Shown here: piece by piece, positions 27,296 through 36,614 of the stretch | How positions within the stretch are numbered: position 1 is the stretch's first letter | How the letters are laid out: each line of letters starts with the position of its first letter | Virus record (IMG/VR): IMGVR_UViG_3300017917_004642 | Span: 19,577 to 83,576 of that record | Source of the DNA: a virus | Length of the DNA: 64,000 bases | Strand: one strand, 5' to 3' | The notes under the pieces: model-generated | What the model was told of the DNA's origin: nothing | The model's database searches: none | Seen by the model: only the letters and a program-made list of their open reading frames with translations | Position numbers and translations under genes: made by a program

Positions 27296-28075
27296 ATGAC
27301 ACTAGAGGAACTAATACAGGAAATTAAAGATGATATTTCAGCAAGTTGCTCTTTGCCTTACAATCTGAATGACGACGAGATAATACGTATTATCAATCGT
27401 GCTAAGGCCTGGATGTATGATAACTATCAATACTCAGTGGAAAAAAGATACTTCGTTCTAGCGAATTATTTTTTCCAAACACCTCAGTTTAGAAACACCA
27501 GACAGATTCAACTTCCTCCGAAGATTGTGACCGTTTTTGACGTTAGACAAACCAACGGCAATGGAATTTCTGGAAACCCTGATAAAGACTTTAGCGATTC
27601 TAAATTGCTTGGATCTGAATTATTGCTTTCTCCATTTACTGGGGACAACTTAGTTTACCGTACAGTAATGTACTCTTACTTTGATTTAGCTCAGGCATAT
27701 GTTTTGCCGACCTACGCTTTTAACTGGAATAAAAACACCAAGAAGCTTACAATCTTAGGACGAGATCCAGCAAGAAGCGGAAATAACACGTCCACTGGAA
27801 CTGGAGCTGGACACATGGGTCAGGATTTGGCTGTTAGCTGTTTTGTTGCCATCGAAGACTATGAGTTATTCCAAGATGAATTGTTTGTTAGATACTGCAT
27901 GGCAAAAGCAAAAATTTCCCTTTCTAGAGTATTAAGTGCATTTGATTATAACCTGCCAGGTGGTGTAAAAGTTAACACATCCCTGATAAGACAAGATGGC
28001 GAAAGAGAACTTCAGGAGGTTATGGATATGATAAACGGCGAAAACACTCCGTCTTATTTCTTGCAATGGAATTGA
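27296..28075 (+). CDS. Neck protein, gp13-like
   Basis: N-terminal LNDDEIIRIINRAKAWMYDNY; C-terminal LPGGVKVN...IRQDGERELQEV matches gp13 LPGGV...EA..E. Confidence 0.75.
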   Translation: MTLEELIQEIKDDISASCSLPYNLNDDEIIRIINRAKAWMYDNYQYSVEKRYFVLANYFFQTPQFRNTRQIQLPPKIVTVFDVRQTNGNGISGNPDKDFSDSKLLGSELLLSPFTGDNLVYRTVMYSYFDLAQAYVLPTYAFNWNKNTKKLTILGRDPARSGNNTSTGTGAGHMGQDLAVSCFVAIEDYELFQDELFVRYCMAKAKISLSRVLSAFDYNLPGGVKVNTSLIRQDGERELQEVMDMINGENTPSYFLQWN

Positions 28076-28221
28076 CCTCCATACACTAAAAAATTAGTAA
28101 TGTACGCTTAAAAAAGTTTTTATCTCAGAATTGGGCAGGCCGATCTAAGAAGTAATTTCTAGATTATAAAAAAACTCAGAAAATTGATAAATTGCCTAGT
28201 TTTTCTTCTCTTTAATTTCTT

Positions 28222-28229
28222 GATATATA
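28222..28229 (+). promoter_or_regulatory. Putative late promoter GATATATA
   Basis: Recurrent octamer 17 nt upstream of ATG 28247. Confidence 0.6.
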
Positions 28230-28246
28230 TGGGAAACTAGATCCCA

Positions 28247-28618
28247 ATGATAGAGATTTATAACAGAGACCCCGGTGACCCATTTTACAAAAGTGATGTT
28301 ATAGAGATCACAGATCCTATCGAGATCTGCATTGGTCAGCTTAAAATGCTTCTGTTGACTATCAAGGGTGAGGTTCTCGGAGATCCATCTTTTGGATTAA
28401 GTCTGGAAGAGCTTGTTTTTAGCATGGATCTCTCACAGAAGACCTTAACCGACATCATAGATCGTAACATCAGAAACTATGTTCCCATGTTTTATCAGCT
28501 TGGCGGATACTTCAATGTTGAGTTTTATGCTGGTACCTCAAGAGATATTGTTTATCTAAATTTTTATATCCCAAGTTACGGAGGACAAAGTCCTTTAGTT
28601 TCTTTGAAAGTAACCTAA
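28247..28618 (+). CDS. Baseplate wedge protein, gp25-like
   Basis: QLKMLLLTIKGEVLGDPSFGLSLEELVF gp25 signature. Confidence 0.85.
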   Translation: MIEIYNRDPGDPFYKSDVIEITDPIEICIGQLKMLLLTIKGEVLGDPSFGLSLEELVFSMDLSQKTLTDIIDRNIRNYVPMFYQLGGYFNVEFYAGTSRDIVYLNFYIPSYGGQSPLVSLKVT

Positions 28619-28624
28619 AACCAA

Positions 28625-30355
28625 ATGGCTAATAACATTTTTCAAAAAAATAACATTTTAGTAAGGGGTCTTTTAAACGACACCTACAATTTTCTGCAAA
28701 GAACTTACAATCAGACTAAAAATGTTTTCACTGTAGCTTCTGCTTGGGGTCAAATCCTGTTTGTTCTTGAGAACATTTCACAGCTTATTCTTTATTTCAT
28801 TGAAGATTCAATTACAGAATTAAACATCTATCAGGCAACAAGAGATTACTCGATTCGAAGTCTGGCTAGAATTGCTGGATATGATCCAGCTAGAGGTATG
28901 GCTGCACAGGGAGAAATCGAGCTAAGCTGGAACTTAAAAAGTGCCGATGTTGGTGGTGGTGCTGTTATTCTAAGTGGGAATCCTAGGATACAGTGCGAGC
29001 AAAATGGATTGGTTTACACTATCGTTCTAAATTCACCAACAGTAAAAATCCCCTTAAATCGGGGTGCTTCTTTCAATTTCAAGATTGTTCAGGGAGCTTT
29101 TGCTACAGCACAATTTACTGGAACTGGAGCAGCTTTACAGAGCTACAATGTGGTTTCAAGATCTGGTACTTTGATAGACCAATTCTATGTTAATATCTCA
29201 GTGAATGATAACCCATGGAAGAAATATTTCTCTTTGTATGATATTCCTCTTAATGCAAAGGGGTATCTAATTAAATCTGGTATTTCTGAAGGTATTGACA
29301 TCTATTTTGGTAACGGAAACTTTGGTCAGCCCCCACTAAAAGGAAGTATAATTAGAGTTGATTATTTGCAGACCAGCGGATTTAACGGCAACATTAAGGC
29401 ACAAAAAGATGCCCAGTTAACATATAGATTTCTTGACACTGGTACGGATCTTTTTGGTAAAGAGGTGAATTTGAATACTTATATAAGAATTGCCGGTATT
29501 CTGGATCCATCATTCGGTAGTGATCCTGAACCAATCGAATTAACAAGACTTGTTGCACCAAAAACAAGTAGAGCATTTGTTTTTGCAAATCCGGAGAATT
29601 ACGAGATCTACCTTCAGAGATTCAACATATTTTCGCAAATTCAGGCTTTTACAACGTTCGGAGATGATTTCTTAGATGATGATAATGTGGTTTACCTGTT
29701 CTTGATCCCTGACGTGAGCATCAGCATTCTTACCGGGCAAGACTATTTTGACATTCCGGTCGAGAATTTCATATTGACAACATCTCAAAAACTTTCCATC
29801 CTAAATTTAATAGAGGATTCTGGACAAATGATTGCCACAACTGTTGTAAAGATTCTAGATCCTCAGATTCAGAACTATGTGGGTAATTTGATTCTTTCAA
29901 TTTTTGAAGGCTACGATCCTGAAGTTATCAAAGACAAAGCAAGAACATCAATTTCTGAATATTTTCTAAATATTAAAAGAAGAGATAGAGTTCCAAAATC
30001 TGATATCATTGCGATTGTTGAAGCGATAGAGGGAGTAGATTCTGTCTCGTTTTATTTTGTTGGTCAGGCCAATGAAGAGTATCATTCAACCATCGATAGT
30101 CTTGCTAACGCTAGTACAGCACAGCTTAATAGACAGATAGGATTGGATGATTTTGGCGACATCATCATAAATTCCGGAGAGCTTGTCCTTCTTAGAGGCG
30201 GATGGACAGATAGATACGGAACTGCCTATGAGGTTGGTATAGTACCAGGTAAACCTTCGGCCTTGAATATTTCGATAGCGTCTGTCAACCAGAAGACCCT
30301 AAATAATCAGCTTAACTCAGAGCAAAGAGCAAGAATAATAGCACAAAATCAATAA
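28625..30355 (+). CDS. Baseplate wedge protein, gp6/baseplate-J-like
   Basis: ELNIYQATRDYSIRSLARIAGYDP, IYFGNGNFGQPP.KG..IRVDYL..SG..GN, G.DPE.IE..RL.AP. Confidence 0.85.
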   Translation: MANNIFQKNNILVRGLLNDTYNFLQRTYNQTKNVFTVASAWGQILFVLENISQLILYFIEDSITELNIYQATRDYSIRSLARIAGYDPARGMAAQGEIELSWNLKSADVGGGAVILSGNPRIQCEQNGLVYTIVLNSPTVKIPLNRGASFNFKIVQGAFATAQFTGTGAALQSYNVVSRSGTLIDQFYVNISVNDNPWKKYFSLYDIPLNAKGYLIKSGISEGIDIYFGNGNFGQPPLKGSIIRVDYLQTSGFNGNIKAQKDAQLTYRFLDTGTDLFGKEVNLNTYIRIAGILDPSFGSDPEPIELTRLVAPKTSRAFVFANPENYEIYLQRFNIFSQIQAFTTFGDDFLDDDNVVYLFLIPDVSISILTGQDYFDIPVENFILTTSQKLSILNLIEDSGQMIATTVVKILDPQIQNYVGNLILSIFEGYDPEVIKDKARTSISEYFLNIKRRDRVPKSDIIAIVEAIEGVDSVSFYFVGQANEEYHSTIDSLANASTAQLNRQIGLDDFGDIIINSGELVLLRGGWTDRYGTAYEVGIVPGKPSALNISIASVNQKTLNNQLNSEQRARIIAQNQ

Positions 30356-30356
30356 G

Positions 30357-30887
30357 ATGGCACAAAGTTATTCACCGTATTTTCCACAAGATACTGTTAA
30401 CGCATACACGGTTAATGGTGTAAAATTCAATTCGACAACAACGAATTTTGAAACAAGCAACGACCTGTATCTTTCCTCCGATAAAGCTTCTATCAGAGCA
30501 ACCAATATTGGGTGCCAGGGATATAGATCTGTAATAGCTAACTCTGTTGGTCAGCCTCAGTATGCTCCATGCACTACCTTTGCAGCATATCAAGAAATTA
30601 TGAAACAGATGGAGGTTACAAACCCAAGCAGAAGATACTATGAATTTGATCCTTTAGAGAATGTTGATGACGTGATGAACTCGATCAATGACAGAGTTTA
30701 TGAGGGATTTATATACAAAGATCAAATCTTCGAAAGAACAATGTCCAACCTTCTCTTTAAAGACCCAACTAAGAATTTAATTTTGAGATATTTCCAAAGA
30801 GTTGTTTACTCGTTGATTGAGACGACCAAGCAGATCAAGAATTATTTTAATTACACAGTACCTTTTAACAATAGAAGAGTTTTTTAA
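30357..30887 (+). CDS. Hypothetical baseplate-region protein
   Basis: 176-aa ORF tightly packed between gp6-like and gp7-like genes. Confidence 0.55.
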   Translation: MAQSYSPYFPQDTVNAYTVNGVKFNSTTTNFETSNDLYLSSDKASIRATNIGCQGYRSVIANSVGQPQYAPCTTFAAYQEIMKQMEVTNPSRRYYEFDPLENVDDVMNSINDRVYEGFIYKDQIFERTMSNLLFKDPTKNLILRYFQRVVYSLIETTKQIKNYFNYTVPFNNRRVF

Positions 30888-30888
30888 A

Positions 30889-33800
30889 ATGGCAAATCTT
30901 GGTTTAAGATTCTATAATAAACAAGGTGATCCCTTAAATCTTGAGTACGTCGGGCCAACAGCTTCTGCTCCGTTGGACACGTCGTTTACTTACAGAACTA
31001 ATTCACAGAATACCACTCCTGGTCAGGGGTATATCTCTTTTTTGAATCTGTCAAGCAATCTGGTTTATATGAACCTGCTGGATGTAAGCGGGTTTGATCT
31101 AACCACTTGGTGTAATAGTGTAAATAACTCTGTTGCAAATGGAGCAAACGTTACTATCGTTTATACTTTTGCTCCAGCACAAACACTTACCTGTGTCATC
31201 TCCGGAATAACTATATCTAGTGGGGTTGCAACACTTGCTATTAGTTCAGCAATTGGACCTGTTAGTATTTCGAACGATGTTGTAATGTACTGTCAGACGA
31301 AGTATCAAAATCTTCCTGGTGGATATTTTTCAGGTACGGTTTATTTCAATGAAGTGTCTGCTGGACTGTATGAAAACGATCAAATTTTTATTGTTCAAGA
31401 ATTCGTAGATCCAGTTTCCAGTGCACGCTTTTTAGGTTATCCCCACACCGGATCTACTGGTGGTACTGGTCCTACATCTTGGAGGACAAGGTGGGATAAC
31501 AACACTTACGGAAATGTTGATGTTACGGACATTATCTTTACGTATCAGATAGAGGAGAATGATCCTGAAATTGATGGTGATCCTGCAATCATTAATTATC
31601 AGAACATAGCAATTCCAGTAATACAGAATAGCTCAGACTATGTACAGGGTGGATTTGTATATACTGCAGAATCACAAACTCCATCTAAAGCTCTTCAAAT
31701 TAATGTTGCCTTAAATTCTTCTGGTGCTGCTGCAGAAATCTACGAGAGAAAATTAATCGTAGAGGATTTAACATCTGGAACACCTGAGAAAATTCTAGAA
31801 CTTCAATTCTATGGTCAAATTATTGGAGAGGACGAAAGATTAAATGTACTAACTCAAAACCTGGGCAGGGCTTTCTATGGGACAGATTCTGTAATATTAA
31901 GGAATCATGATCCAAACGAGATATTTCCAAATTACGTTGAGATAAACGAAAAGAGAAAAGAGCTTATGATAGCCGGGGAAGAGATATTCCCTTACATCGG
32001 AAGTTATAAAGGTCTAATTGGTGCTCTTAAGTTTTTTGGATATCAAGATCTGAGAATCAAAGAATATTGGCTAAATCTAAACTACAATAAATTAACATTA
32101 CAGCCACTCCAGGAAAATCAGGCATTCCTGGATAACTATCTAAATACTCCATTTCCAAATCAGCAGATTGCTGTCGCAGATGTTTTGGAAAATGAGAATT
32201 CTGGAAAGTATCGTTTAGAACAGACATATGGTCCTAATTCCGATGGCGAGTATGTGCTAAACGTATCAAGCGAGAATACACTAGTTCCAAGCAGGACGTA
32301 CAAGAAAACTGCTCTGTTTGGTCTATATTACGATCTTGTTAACACGACAGATTCTGTAGACCCTTATGGATATCCAATTACACAGGAGACATTTGCGTTT
32401 ACCCAAGAGGAAGTACTCCTTAAGCTGTTTGCTCTAAAGGAAAGACTTAAGCAAAGCTATCTACCGTTAAATGCAAGAATAGTCGACATCACGGGAGAAG
32501 GTGTTTATTTCAACGTTTATAATACTAAAGAATGGACAGATTTTCTGGATCGAAGTGACGTAGAATCTGGAAACAATATCGAATTTATTGCAAACCCAGA
32601 TTTTGGGTTTATCGAAGATCTAAGAGCATTTGGAATCAGGAACAATCCTCTCTCCATACAGGCTCCGATGAACTATTACGATGTTGTCGACGTCTATGTT
32701 AGCGTTGCTGGTCCATCAGGTGATGCTTTCAGATTTGCAGGATCTACTGGTGATCTAGTTCAGAATTTTTCTGCAACAGGTGACAATCCAACAATCCAGC
32801 TATCCAGAGGAAAACAGTACAATTTTAACCTTGTTACTCCTGGATATGATCTGTATTTCACTACCCAACCAGGACTGAGTCAAATAGATCCTCTTGGTAT
32901 AGAAAATAATGGTGCTTCTGCTGGAACTGTTGTATTAAACGTTAATCCACAGGAACAGGATCAGATCTATTATTATTCCACTGTAAACACTGCAAAGCTC
33001 AGTGGTAGTGCTGATGTGTTTGATTCTCCTGTTTCTGATCTTGGTAATTTGATACAGCCCCTGTTCAACAACCAGCAATATACTGCTAGTCAAAATTCAT
33101 CATTGGTAACTTCCATTTCAAATTTTTACAATCTGAAAGAGAATGGACTGATTAAAAATCTTGGTGATGGATTGCAGGACCCGGTTGCTTTTGTTGATCC
33201 AACAACGGGTGAGACATACGAAAATCCAGTAGGAATGCCTATAGTTCTGGAACTTGTACTTGATAGATGGGTTTGGAATGACTTAGGTCAGAATTGGATT
33301 GCATTAGATCTTCCATCATTTACAAGCCAGCAAGCTGCACTTACGTGGGACACCATAGATTTTTCTGCATATAACGAAATAGAATGGATTATAGAGAAAA
33401 GTCAAAGTCAAACAGGGTCTGGGTATTACTTTTCGACCAGAGGATTTGCTGTTGATTTCTATAAGCTAGCACATTTCCTCCCGTACACTGGAGATTATAA
33501 CGTTACCTGTCTTCTATATGATTCTTTTAACTTTGTCAACAGAAAAATAGTTCAGACTGCAATTAAGGTTGCACCAAAGCAAATTACAATTGACGCCTGG
33601 ACTAGATACAGAGAAAATGAAATCTACCTTTGGGATCAAACAATTAGAGGATGGGATGCTTACGAATCCATTTGGGAGTATCCAGCGGAAGGTAAAACAT
33701 TTGACGATGTTTCAAAGCAAATACCAAAAGAGATTTTAGATTTTGCTGTTTACGGCAACAATTCTCAAGAAGGACAAACTTTACAGGTTAGATCTGATAT

Positions 33801-34968
33801 ACAACCACAAGGAGCATCGGGTAATATAGTTCTAAATCAGAACATATTGGATGTTACTAAAGCATATTCTCTTTTCGTTTCTGGAGCACAGTATGGAAAT
33901 TTAATAGTGTTCACCAGTCAACCTCATGGATTTACATCAGGATCTCAGGTTTATCTAGAAGGCATGATGCCAGAAATAAATAAATCGTGGGAAATAACAG
34001 TTCCAAGCGGATCTACAGGATACTCGTTCGAGGTTCCTTATGTGCTTGGCCTCACAGCTGGTGTTGGTGCAACTTCTGGCATTGGGTCAATTGCTGGAGC
34101 AACAGCTTATTACATAATCCCAAGTTATTATCCAACACAAACTGTTACTGGAGGTGGAAGCATTAGTGTCAGTGTCAATGGGAGAGTAATCGGTGCAACA
34201 AGTTCGGGTTCAAATTTACAGGCCACTGTCAATTCGATTATCCAAGAGATAAACTCTGTAAAAACACAACCTGATTATTTTGCACAAACTTATGTTCCCA
34301 ATCAATTTCCGGTCTCTCTAAATATCTCAGCAGATACTAGCACAGGGAATATTGGTAACGGTAACACATTAACTGCTACTGTAACAGGATCTTTAGAAAT
34401 CGTCAGTATAGACACAGCTTTAAGTGGAGGAGTAACAGGATCAAATTCTTACCTAGATTGGAATCCTGTAACCGGAGGCTTGCCTGTTGAATCTTTGAAA
34501 TATTTTGGAACTAAAAATCTAACGTGGAATACTTTCAATGAATCCCTTTGGGATGAGGCGTATGCTCATGGATGGTACGACTTTGAGTATGAAAGCGGAT
34601 GGCTAGGAGGGTTTGAAATACACAGTTCTAAGGTTGGTGACAATATTAAAGTTAGCACAGGAAACGAAACGTATCCATTCCCTGTGGGTGTAACGTTTGC
34701 TGCAACTGGAGGAATCACCGGACCATCCGGTTATATCACACTAGGTGCTGTAGCCGAACAACTTAACAATTCTTCGGACACACATATTACCAATTTTTAT
34801 TATCGGGTTGTACCATCTAACGCTACAGCTCTGTTGACTACAAACGGTCCGGTTTCACCGATCTTTAGCTCTTTCCCAGCAACAGGTGGTTCCGCTTCGG
34901 TTCCAGCTACTGTGCCAGGATCACCACCAGTTCTAACTGTTTCTTTCACCTATGCTACAGGACCATAA
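30889..34968 (+). CDS. Large baseplate wedge protein (gp7-like) with inserted accessory domains
   Basis: Start at ATG 30889 (1359 aa); YIGSYKGLIGALKFFGY..LRIKEYW and LKQSYLPLNARI wedge-type motifs. Confidence 0.55.
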   Translation: MANLGLRFYNKQGDPLNLEYVGPTASAPLDTSFTYRTNSQNTTPGQGYISFLNLSSNLVYMNLLDVSGFDLTTWCNSVNNSVANGANVTIVYTFAPAQTLTCVISGITISSGVATLAISSAIGPVSISNDVVMYCQTKYQNLPGGYFSGTVYFNEVSAGLYENDQIFIVQEFVDPVSSARFLGYPHTGSTGGTGPTSWRTRWDNNTYGNVDVTDIIFTYQIEENDPEIDGDPAIINYQNIAIPVIQNSSDYVQGGFVYTAESQTPSKALQINVALNSSGAAAEIYERKLIVEDLTSGTPEKILELQFYGQIIGEDERLNVLTQNLGRAFYGTDSVILRNHDPNEIFPNYVEINEKRKELMIAGEEIFPYIGSYKGLIGALKFFGYQDLRIKEYWLNLNYNKLTLQPLQENQAFLDNYLNTPFPNQQIAVADVLENENSGKYRLEQTYGPNSDGEYVLNVSSENTLVPSRTYKKTALFGLYYDLVNTTDSVDPYGYPITQETFAFTQEEVLLKLFALKERLKQSYLPLNARIVDITGEGVYFNVYNTKEWTDFLDRSDVESGNNIEFIANPDFGFIEDLRAFGIRNNPLSIQAPMNYYDVVDVYVSVAGPSGDAFRFAGSTGDLVQNFSATGDNPTIQLSRGKQYNFNLVTPGYDLYFTTQPGLSQIDPLGIENNGASAGTVVLNVNPQEQDQIYYYSTVNTAKLSGSADVFDSPVSDLGNLIQPLFNNQQYTASQNSSLVTSISNFYNLKENGLIKNLGDGLQDPVAFVDPTTGETYENPVGMPIVLELVLDRWVWNDLGQNWIALDLPSFTSQQAALTWDTIDFSAYNEIEWIIEKSQSQTGSGYYFSTRGFAVDFYKLAHFLPYTGDYNVTCLLYDSFNFVNRKIVQTAIKVAPKQITIDAWTRYRENEIYLWDQTIRGWDAYESIWEYPAEGKTFDDVSKQIPKEILDFAVYGNNSQEGQTLQVRSDIQPQGASGNIVLNQNILDVTKAYSLFVSGAQYGNLIVFTSQPHGFTSGSQVYLEGMMPEINKSWEITVPSGSTGYSFEVPYVLGLTAGVGATSGIGSIAGATAYYIIPSYYPTQTVTGGGSISVSVNGRVIGATSSGSNLQATVNSIIQEINSVKTQPDYFAQTYVPNQFPVSLNISADTSTGNIGNGNTLTATVTGSLEIVSIDTALSGGVTGSNSYLDWNPVTGGLPVESLKYFGTKNLTWNTFNESLWDEAYAHGWYDFEYESGWLGGFEIHSSKVGDNIKVSTGNETYPFPVGVTFAATGGITGPSGYITLGAVAEQLNNSSDTHITNFYYRVVPSNATALLTTNGPVSPIFSSFPATGGSASVPATVPGSPPVLTVSFTYATGP

Positions 34969-34981
34969 GTTATAAAAAATC

Positions 34982-36601
34982 ATGGCAGAACAAATTCAAA
35001 TATTTCAAACTCAGGCAGTAAATTTTACTGATACGTCAAGTGGTGGGCAACCGCCTTTAAGCAGATTGTGGTCTTTCCAGGGAGGATCAATTTCTTCCGC
35101 CACCGGAGCAACAGCCACTGTTTATTATTCGAACCCGGGATTATACAATGTGAGTCTTACTGTTACTGATAGCTTAGATACTAGCAAGATTCTCACAAAA
35201 ACAAACCTGGTAAACGTATCTCCTGCTTACGTAACTTCAGATTTTACCGGAACACCAACGTCAAGTGTTTTAATGAGCACTCCGATAAATTTTGTCGATG
35301 TCTCTACTGGACAGCCACAGGCACCAGATACTTGGTCTTGGAATATAGCTGGTGTTACCTCTACATCGCAGAACTTTTCGTTTAGTGGTTTTAACGACTG
35401 GTTTTCAATTGGTGGTGTTTCTGGTGATTCACCAGGACATGTTATTTCTGTCAATGCTCAGCTTACTGCATCAAGAGGTGGACTTTCAGATGTTAATGTT
35501 AAAAGCTTTCCTGTAACTAAAATTGGACCAGCAGAGACTAATTGGATTAATTCTGGTGGATCGACAGGAGCTTGGGTAATAGATTCATCATTCTCGTTCG
35601 AGATGAATGGTTTGGTACCACTAAATACATCAGACATTTCGTATCCTGGTACTGATATTATCTATAATCTTGGACTGTCTGGGGGTTCACAGAATATCGA
35701 TAAGTTCCATACAACCACTGAAGATGCTACTCTTACATACACGGGCGGTATATTACCTTCAAATACCGGGATTTGCGAATCGCCAGGCTATATTATCATC
35801 GAGGATTCTCTATATGCAAGCGGATTTCCGTCTATAGAATATGGTCAATTTATTTCACCCGCATTGGTTAATAACCTGTACTTTACTTCACAACAATTGG
35901 ATTCAGCCTACAATGGTAACTATATTGTCGGATATAGCTATTCTCAAGCATTAATCGAGGATTGTGTTAACTCTAGATACCCACAAACCAATTCTGGTCA
36001 AGCTCCATCTCTAAACAAAGTGTTTCCGTTTAACGAAGCATTTGGAACTGATGAATATCCGGTAGTACCTTCACAAACATATTATTACCAAACTTCTGGT
36101 ACTACTGGAACATATCAAATAATAATCGATGTTGATTTTTTTGGCGGAACCGCTGCTAGCGCAACAGTAAACTTCACTGCTAACTCTGGTCTTGGAAACG
36201 AACCCGGAGGTGGCTTACAAGGTTTTTATTATGTGATGCAGGACATTGGGCCAAATCTTGGTGTTGCAACACAAATCAATAATGCAATTGCTTCATCTAG
36301 CATTCCTGGAGGAACTTCTTCGATTGAAGCTTACGCAAGCCCGATTTATAATACAAAAACAGGAGGATTAACTGGCGATTATTACGGGTTGTCTTTGCAG
36401 TTTAAAAACGTAAACATACAAACCGTTACAATCACTGACAATTCAGATTTATTGAATCCTTTAGCATTAACATTTCCTTTTTCACTTTCAAATTCAAACC
36501 CAGCACCTGCAACATGTACTGGAATAATCGGTACCATGGATTTGAGCTCATATACACCGGGATTTGGAACACGATTAGATTATGGAGGTTCAATCTACTA
36601 A
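34982..36601 (+). CDS. PKD-domain virion protein
   Basis: VNFTDTSSG...LWSFQGG...YSNPGLYNVSLTVTD and a second PKD-like repeat (INFVDVSTG.P..WSWN). Confidence 0.75.
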   Translation: MAEQIQIFQTQAVNFTDTSSGGQPPLSRLWSFQGGSISSATGATATVYYSNPGLYNVSLTVTDSLDTSKILTKTNLVNVSPAYVTSDFTGTPTSSVLMSTPINFVDVSTGQPQAPDTWSWNIAGVTSTSQNFSFSGFNDWFSIGGVSGDSPGHVISVNAQLTASRGGLSDVNVKSFPVTKIGPAETNWINSGGSTGAWVIDSSFSFEMNGLVPLNTSDISYPGTDIIYNLGLSGGSQNIDKFHTTTEDATLTYTGGILPSNTGICESPGYIIIEDSLYASGFPSIEYGQFISPALVNNLYFTSQQLDSAYNGNYIVGYSYSQALIEDCVNSRYPQTNSGQAPSLNKVFPFNEAFGTDEYPVVPSQTYYYQTSGTTGTYQIIIDVDFFGGTAASATVNFTANSGLGNEPGGGLQGFYYVMQDIGPNLGVATQINNAIASSSIPGGTSSIEAYASPIYNTKTGGLTGDYYGLSLQFKNVNIQTVTITDNSDLLNPLALTFPFSLSNSNPAPATCTGIIGTMDLSSYTPGFGTRLDYGGSIY

Positions 36602-36614
36602 GATAAATACATAA

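Noticed and set aside
28076-28246. tRNA gene
   Set aside because: No TPsiC (GTTCRA) arm or cloverleaf is visible.
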